Shown: positions 8,598-20,000 of the stretch, piece by piece
How the letters are laid out: every line of letters starts with the position of its first letter
How positions within the stretch are numbered: the stretch's first letter is position 1
Source of the DNA: Catajapyx aquilonaris
Lineage: Eukaryota
Reading direction: 5' to 3'
Length of the DNA: 20,000 bases
Assembly: GCA_000934665.2 (NCBI GenBank)
Contig: KZ538447.1
Coordinates: 49,611-69,610, forward strand
Program-made: the position numbers and the translations under genes
Notes under the pieces: generated by a model
The model's input: only the letters and a program-made list of their open reading frames with translations
The model's database searches: none
What the model was told of the DNA's origin: nothing

Positions 8598-11423
8598 TAT
8601 TCCCTTGTAGTTTTATTCTAATTCAGTTTCAGCCATGGCACATCAACGCAAAAAATAATGCTTATTGTTTAATAACCACATTCATGGTAAACAGCAAATA
8701 TTAACGTATTATAGTACTTATCATGTATGTTCACATACAGTACTGTATATTGCAACTTTATTGTTGAAGAGCGGTGCCAAATTTATCTGTTCCAAGCTCA
8801 CAGTGGGATTCTCGTGCCATCTGTCAAACCTTTGCCAAAGCATTTGCCAGCGCTACAAACGCTCAAAATAATAATAAAAAAAGCCTCAACATTGATAATT
8901 CATACTTTTTTTCCAACCCAGGTAAGCATTGAGAGATACAGCTTGTTGTAAAAACAGTCAAAACAGTCAAGCGGGCTGTAGCCTATAAAATAATAAGGAA
9001 AGGGATATACAAAATACACCCACTGCTGTGCTAAGACTTGGAATAGTTGCAATAGAAACACCTACAGTGTCACAGATTGAAATTCACATTGTATGCCATA
9101 GCCACTTTCACAAAATCATTGCGACTATTGCTGTTCTTGGTATTACCACAATATACGCTCGTACTGTGCTCTAATATGATTCTCTTTTGACCATGCATTG
9201 TCTACATCTATGCTGCTTTATCTGGATTTTCTCACAATAATAATTACCACATGGTCTCTGAAGACTGCGGGTACATGAAAATTGATAAATTTAAACATTT
9301 ATAAAAAATATAGCATACGGTTCAATAAGCCAGTAATCTTTGAATGCCACAAGTTAACAATATATTGATCAAATAATTGATTTACCTTCTACTATATAAT
9401 TTTACCACCTGCAGCACAGAGAGAATCATGTGCAGAGTGAAAAAGTGCAGTAATTTGTTCACAATGATTAGAGAACCTACTACAACCCCCATAAAAATAT
9501 CTAACGGGTACAGCGTAATACAGTATATTTATATTTTATGATACTCATGTGAATATAAATCTAAGTTTATGACTATTTTACCACACAGGGCCAGATATTC
9601 AAAGCTCCACAATTCTGCACTTTAATTCCATTTATAGATTATTCCGCTTTTAAAACATTTACTCTGATCCTTACCGGCAGTATACTGATCTACTTTTAGC
9701 AAATTCAATATATCTGTCGCATTTAATTACGTTGGCATCATCAAATATTATTTGACGCGGCAGTAATGTTGATAATTTTGTCGGTAGAGAAGTACTGTAC
9801 CTAATTATGGAATAACTGACGAAATAACATATGCCCAGAAGCTCTTATTTATGTTACACAACAGTAATAAAGTAAGCTTTAAAGATATGTGCGAGGGCAA
9901 GACAATGTAGTATAGCATGATCATGTGCACCAGAGGGTATCCGTTATCTTTTATCGAGAGAAAATACTGCAGATAAGGTACATGTATACTATAGGACAGG
10001 ACATGGTCTTGAATAAGAATGCCAATGAGTTTGGGACACAATATTGTAATAATTTATTGTTGCCATATTCTCTGTATAGACAGTATATGTAGAGAATTGA
10101 CCTCCCTTGAATTCGGAATGCATGCATCTACATAGGCCTATATCACGAAAATATTGGAGGAATAATTTCTTCACCGCGAAGATTTTTTCAAATCGATTTC
10201 AGCTCAGTATGTGTAGTTATGCAAATGGGATGGATGCTCAATTGCATTATCGATTCAGGACCTTATCAGCGCTCCTTGGCCCTATATAGAGGTGACGTTT
10301 GGCACGTAGCACCTCATCATCGCTTTTCAATATTGCCTGAGGAACACCAATTAGCTGGAGAGACGCCCTATATAGCATCTAGGCCTATACCACTGAAGAT
10401 CTTCATGCTATCCTTTAAGAAAGCGAACAAAAAATCATTTTGCCCAATTTCCGTAATATCGAGGTTTACAGGTCTGTAAATATAGGCAGACAGCACTGGA
10501 ACAGCAAAAATGTACCACTATAGTGTCAGTACGATTTTATGGTACAAAATCATGAAATCCGAGCAATTTTGAACTACAGGTGTTTTGTAAGACGCTGTAC
10601 GAGTATACTCTGAATAATTATATGGCAAATGTTCCAGTAAACTTACCTATATGTATAACTTAGTCTGTGACGTATACTGTACGGTAGGTATAGTCTATGC
10701 ATTATTCAGTAGAAGGCTATCAGGTAAGTCTAAAATTGTCATTCACGATAATATAATGTCGATAAACTAAAGTTACCAGTATACATGTTATAGTATAGAT
10801 TATAATACCCTCACTACATTTTCCCGCGGCTTCTTATTACTGTCGATAAGCAATCAAATGAGATATGACAAGAGCTGATATGATGATAATTATCAAATCT
10901 CACCCTATCTCCGTGCATGACTTGGCACAGCCTACATTAACTCAGACTAGTGACGCACTACTCTATAGTCTATCTTTCCTCCGTAAAGACCGGCAAAGGC
11001 TGCTTTCATTCTTTTGCGTTATCGCTAAAAAAGAACATAAATTCTCTCGCTCCCTTTTGCACTCTTTACCAAACTTTCAAACTATCTCCCAACTAACTGA
11101 CATGCAGTTTCGTTCGACATGTGAAAGGAATATTTGAGACTACACGTTTCTCTGACCGCTTTGAAGCTACTCATTTTCAGTATATAGGTCTACCGTCCAC
11201 GATTACAAGAAGTTTAACTATAGCTGTTGCAAGTGTTGCAACATAACGTAACATCTTTCACGGCACCTATACACTCTTCTGATGATATGATGGGCTACAT
11301 ATTATAAACCCTCGCTTTCCTCGTTTGAAGCTATAGCTCAGAACCGGAATTATTTGCCTATACTCACTGTCAGTGATGTGAATAATTTTTGACGTTTTCC
11401 ATTTTCCACTCGCTTCTAGTACA

Positions 11424-11424
<1 letters not shown>

Positions 11425-11508
<84 letters not shown>

Positions 11509-11521
11509 TAATAATAATAAT

Positions 11522-11554
<33 letters not shown>

Positions 11555-11558
11555 AATA
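11425..11558. repeat. Compound microsatellite (AAT)~32(AAC)10(AAT)2, intergenic
   Basis: Directly visible. One AAA interruption near 11504; AAC block at 11522-11551. Confidence 0.98.
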
Positions 11559-12526
11559 GTAAATTAAAATTATGAGCTACCTGAAGTTCAAAGCTGTCAC
11601 TGTTTCCTAGTACTGTAGACCTAGGGTACATATATTGAATCAGAGTAAAAAGAAGTATACCGGTATAGTATTTGCCAAAATTAGACCAGGGGCGTATCCA
11701 GACCTTCAACACCGCAATAATAAAGCAGATTAATGCTACAGTATTCCATGGTTAATGATATAAAGCATATCTGTAACATCCACCCAAGAAACCTTCCCTT
11801 TGGTTTGAATTAACAAAATGTAAAGAGACTCATTTTGACAAAAGCATCTGGAGGTGCCATATGCCAAAGAAGAAAAAAATCAACTCGCACGACACCAAGC
11901 CGTGGATGTGTTGGCCTGTAGAGGCCAGTTCCCCTTCATCTGCAATATTTCCTGGAGGCTGGAGTGGAAATAAACTTATGTATATTTGGGGCAATAAAAC
12001 AATTTCTAGTAAAATAAGAGTAGAACTATTGACTTGACTTCCATGCTCTGCTCTGCTGGAATACTGAGAAAGACGTGAACAGTCCAGGGCAGTCGATGAG
12101 ACTCCTTAAATCGCCACTAGATAACTCGCGCCATGCATTACTAATGTCAAAAAAATCAATGAAATATATTGCATTGCTGCCAGATTTAGGCAGACGCCTT
12201 CTCTACACAGTTACTGATTCGCACTTTCTCCCACAAAATTCTTAGTGGTCGTCTCGATTTCTTTTTCACTGGATAGTATGAAACACAGTATCCATCCATA
12301 CGTATCCATGCCTTTGTCCCTCTTGCTCTAATGAAGTATGGATCACCATAATAATTAAATTATGCAGTCAACGTGTTTTTGTGAATGCGCAATAGCTGAT
12401 AATCTCTTTGGTGACCGCGATTTTATGAATCAGCTATGACTTTGTAACGGCGATGCTATTTCTGGACCTTTTTATAGTTCCCTTATCCCAGGCGCCTGAC
12501 AAGTGAAACCGCAGATTCGCGCACGT

Positions 12527-12532
12527 TCAGTC
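12527..12532 (+). promoter_or_regulatory. Possible initiator (TCAGTC) for the KIAA0930-like gene
   Basis: Matches the arthropod Inr consensus TCAGTY at the start of a GC/CpG-rich stretch about 150 nt upstream of the Kozak-context ATG. Confidence 0.3.
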
Positions 12533-12677
12533 GAGACAACGGGGTTCTGCGCTGGTCTGACAAGCAGAAGGAAAAAAAAAAAGCAGAGGACCCACCCACC
12601 CATCGTCCTTCGCCTGGCCACCGAGCCAGGCAGCCAGCCAGCCCAAACCTCAAGGGGATAGAGCCTGGACGGTCACC

Positions 12678-19107
<6,430 letters not shown>

Positions 19108-19704
19108 GTCAGTTCATGTCTCCAAAGAAAACCTTCCCATTCAGAGACTATAATGAGAAATCCAATATTCCATCATTTAGCATTTGATTGGAGGCCGTAT
19201 TAAGAGTGTTGTGAAAATCATGAATTAGCATCTACGATACTTTTTTTTTGTAACACTTGTTACAATTAAGTTACAATTGAGCTCCATGATGACTGCTCGG
19301 TACTCCACCTGAAGTATTCACCAAATTGGGAGGGTATTATTTATGTGTCAAATTCAAAATGGTACTGTGTGGCACAAAACCAATAGCAGTGACGGGAATG
19401 GAACAGTTCTTGTCATTTTGAATCCCTCCCGTTTCAGATTAGCTTTGTTATTCATACAGCTATATTGTCGTTGATCTGACAAAAGTAGGCTACCATATGA
19501 ATTTATTCAACATTTTCTTAATTTTACAGGAGAGCTAAAATAGACATGCAAACTGCTATACAAACACATAAGATGGTGTTTTGATTTTCCATTCTAACTC
19601 GAACGCCACTTGTCCCATGAGTTCGCCATTTTGTCAAAATGTGACACAACGCTGGTGGTGCTGCCAGAGGTCATAATCCGATATTAGCAAAAATGTTACC
19701 CTTT

Positions 19705-20000
19705 CAAGTCAGCCAGTTTGTATACCTGGGTAGTGTCCTTGAGAGTAATGGTAGAATTGATAGGGAAATAGACAGGAGAGTTAGTTCTGGGTTGAAAGTA
19801 ATAGGTGCCACAAGTAAGTTTTCTAGAAATAAGGACTTATCTTCTGCCTGTAGGTTGTCTGTCTACTCTCACGTTATTGTTCCTTCACTTATGTATGGTA
19901 GAGAAGCGTGGGTTTGGTCAGATAGGCATAAGAGTAGGGTGTTGGCTACAGAGATGCGTTATCTCCGGGCTGTTTGTGGGGTTACCAAGTTCGATAGGAT
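19705..20000 (+). mobile_element. 5'-truncated RTE-type non-LTR retrotransposon, C-terminal part of the RT ORF, continuing beyond the window
   Basis: Uninterrupted frame QVSQFVYLGSVLESNGRIDREIDRRVSSG...VYSHVIVPSLMYGREAWVW...LATEMRYLRAVCGVTKFDR, carrying the F.YLGS, P.L.YG.E.W and EMR.LR...GVT..DR motifs of RTE elements. Confidence 0.9.

Noticed and set aside
11687..11701. hAT-like terminal sequence CAGGGGCGTATCCAG
   Set aside because: No matching inverted copy or 8-bp TSD found in the window.
11416..11712. Minus-strand 98-aa ORF with poly-Leu
   Set aside because: Artefact of the (AAT)n(AAC)n microsatellite read as TTA/TTG codons.
19145..19203. Candidate KIAA0930 last exon after ccttcccattcag
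   Set aside because: The implied intron would be only 37 nt and the peptide (ETIMRNPIFHHLAFDWRPY) does not resemble the family C-terminus.

Overview
Eukaryotic genomic DNA, probably from an arthropod-type invertebrate (inferred from short GT-AG introns and protein sequence style). There are two spliced genes in tandem on the + strand. (1) The 3' part of a NELL1/NELL2-like gene (EGF, calcium-binding EGF and vWC domains): exons 3216-3452, 3517-3630, 3744-4000, 4082-4315, a candidate 21-nt microexon at 5041-5061, and a terminal exon at 7197-7553. (2) Most of a KIAA0930-like gene: ATG at 12678, ten coding exons to 19107, one GC-AG intron and one probable cassette exon; the last exon was not found in the window. 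Mobile DNA: a full-length tRNA-derived SINE with a perfect 16-bp target-site duplication (TSD), a Tc1/mariner-pogo-type MITE, a 5'-truncated RTE-type LINE running off the window end, and a decayed, apparently spliced hAT-like transposase on the minus strand. There is also an (AAT)n(AAC)n microsatellite. The most unusual signal is at the NELL 3' end: past the TAG stop, the same frame reads furin site, Gly linker, transmembrane-like helix, a second TAG, then a Ser/Thr/Pro tail. This suggests a possible readthrough, editing or splicing route to a membrane-anchored NELL, which is unproven. Most ORFs in the supplied track are spurious or are partial exons.
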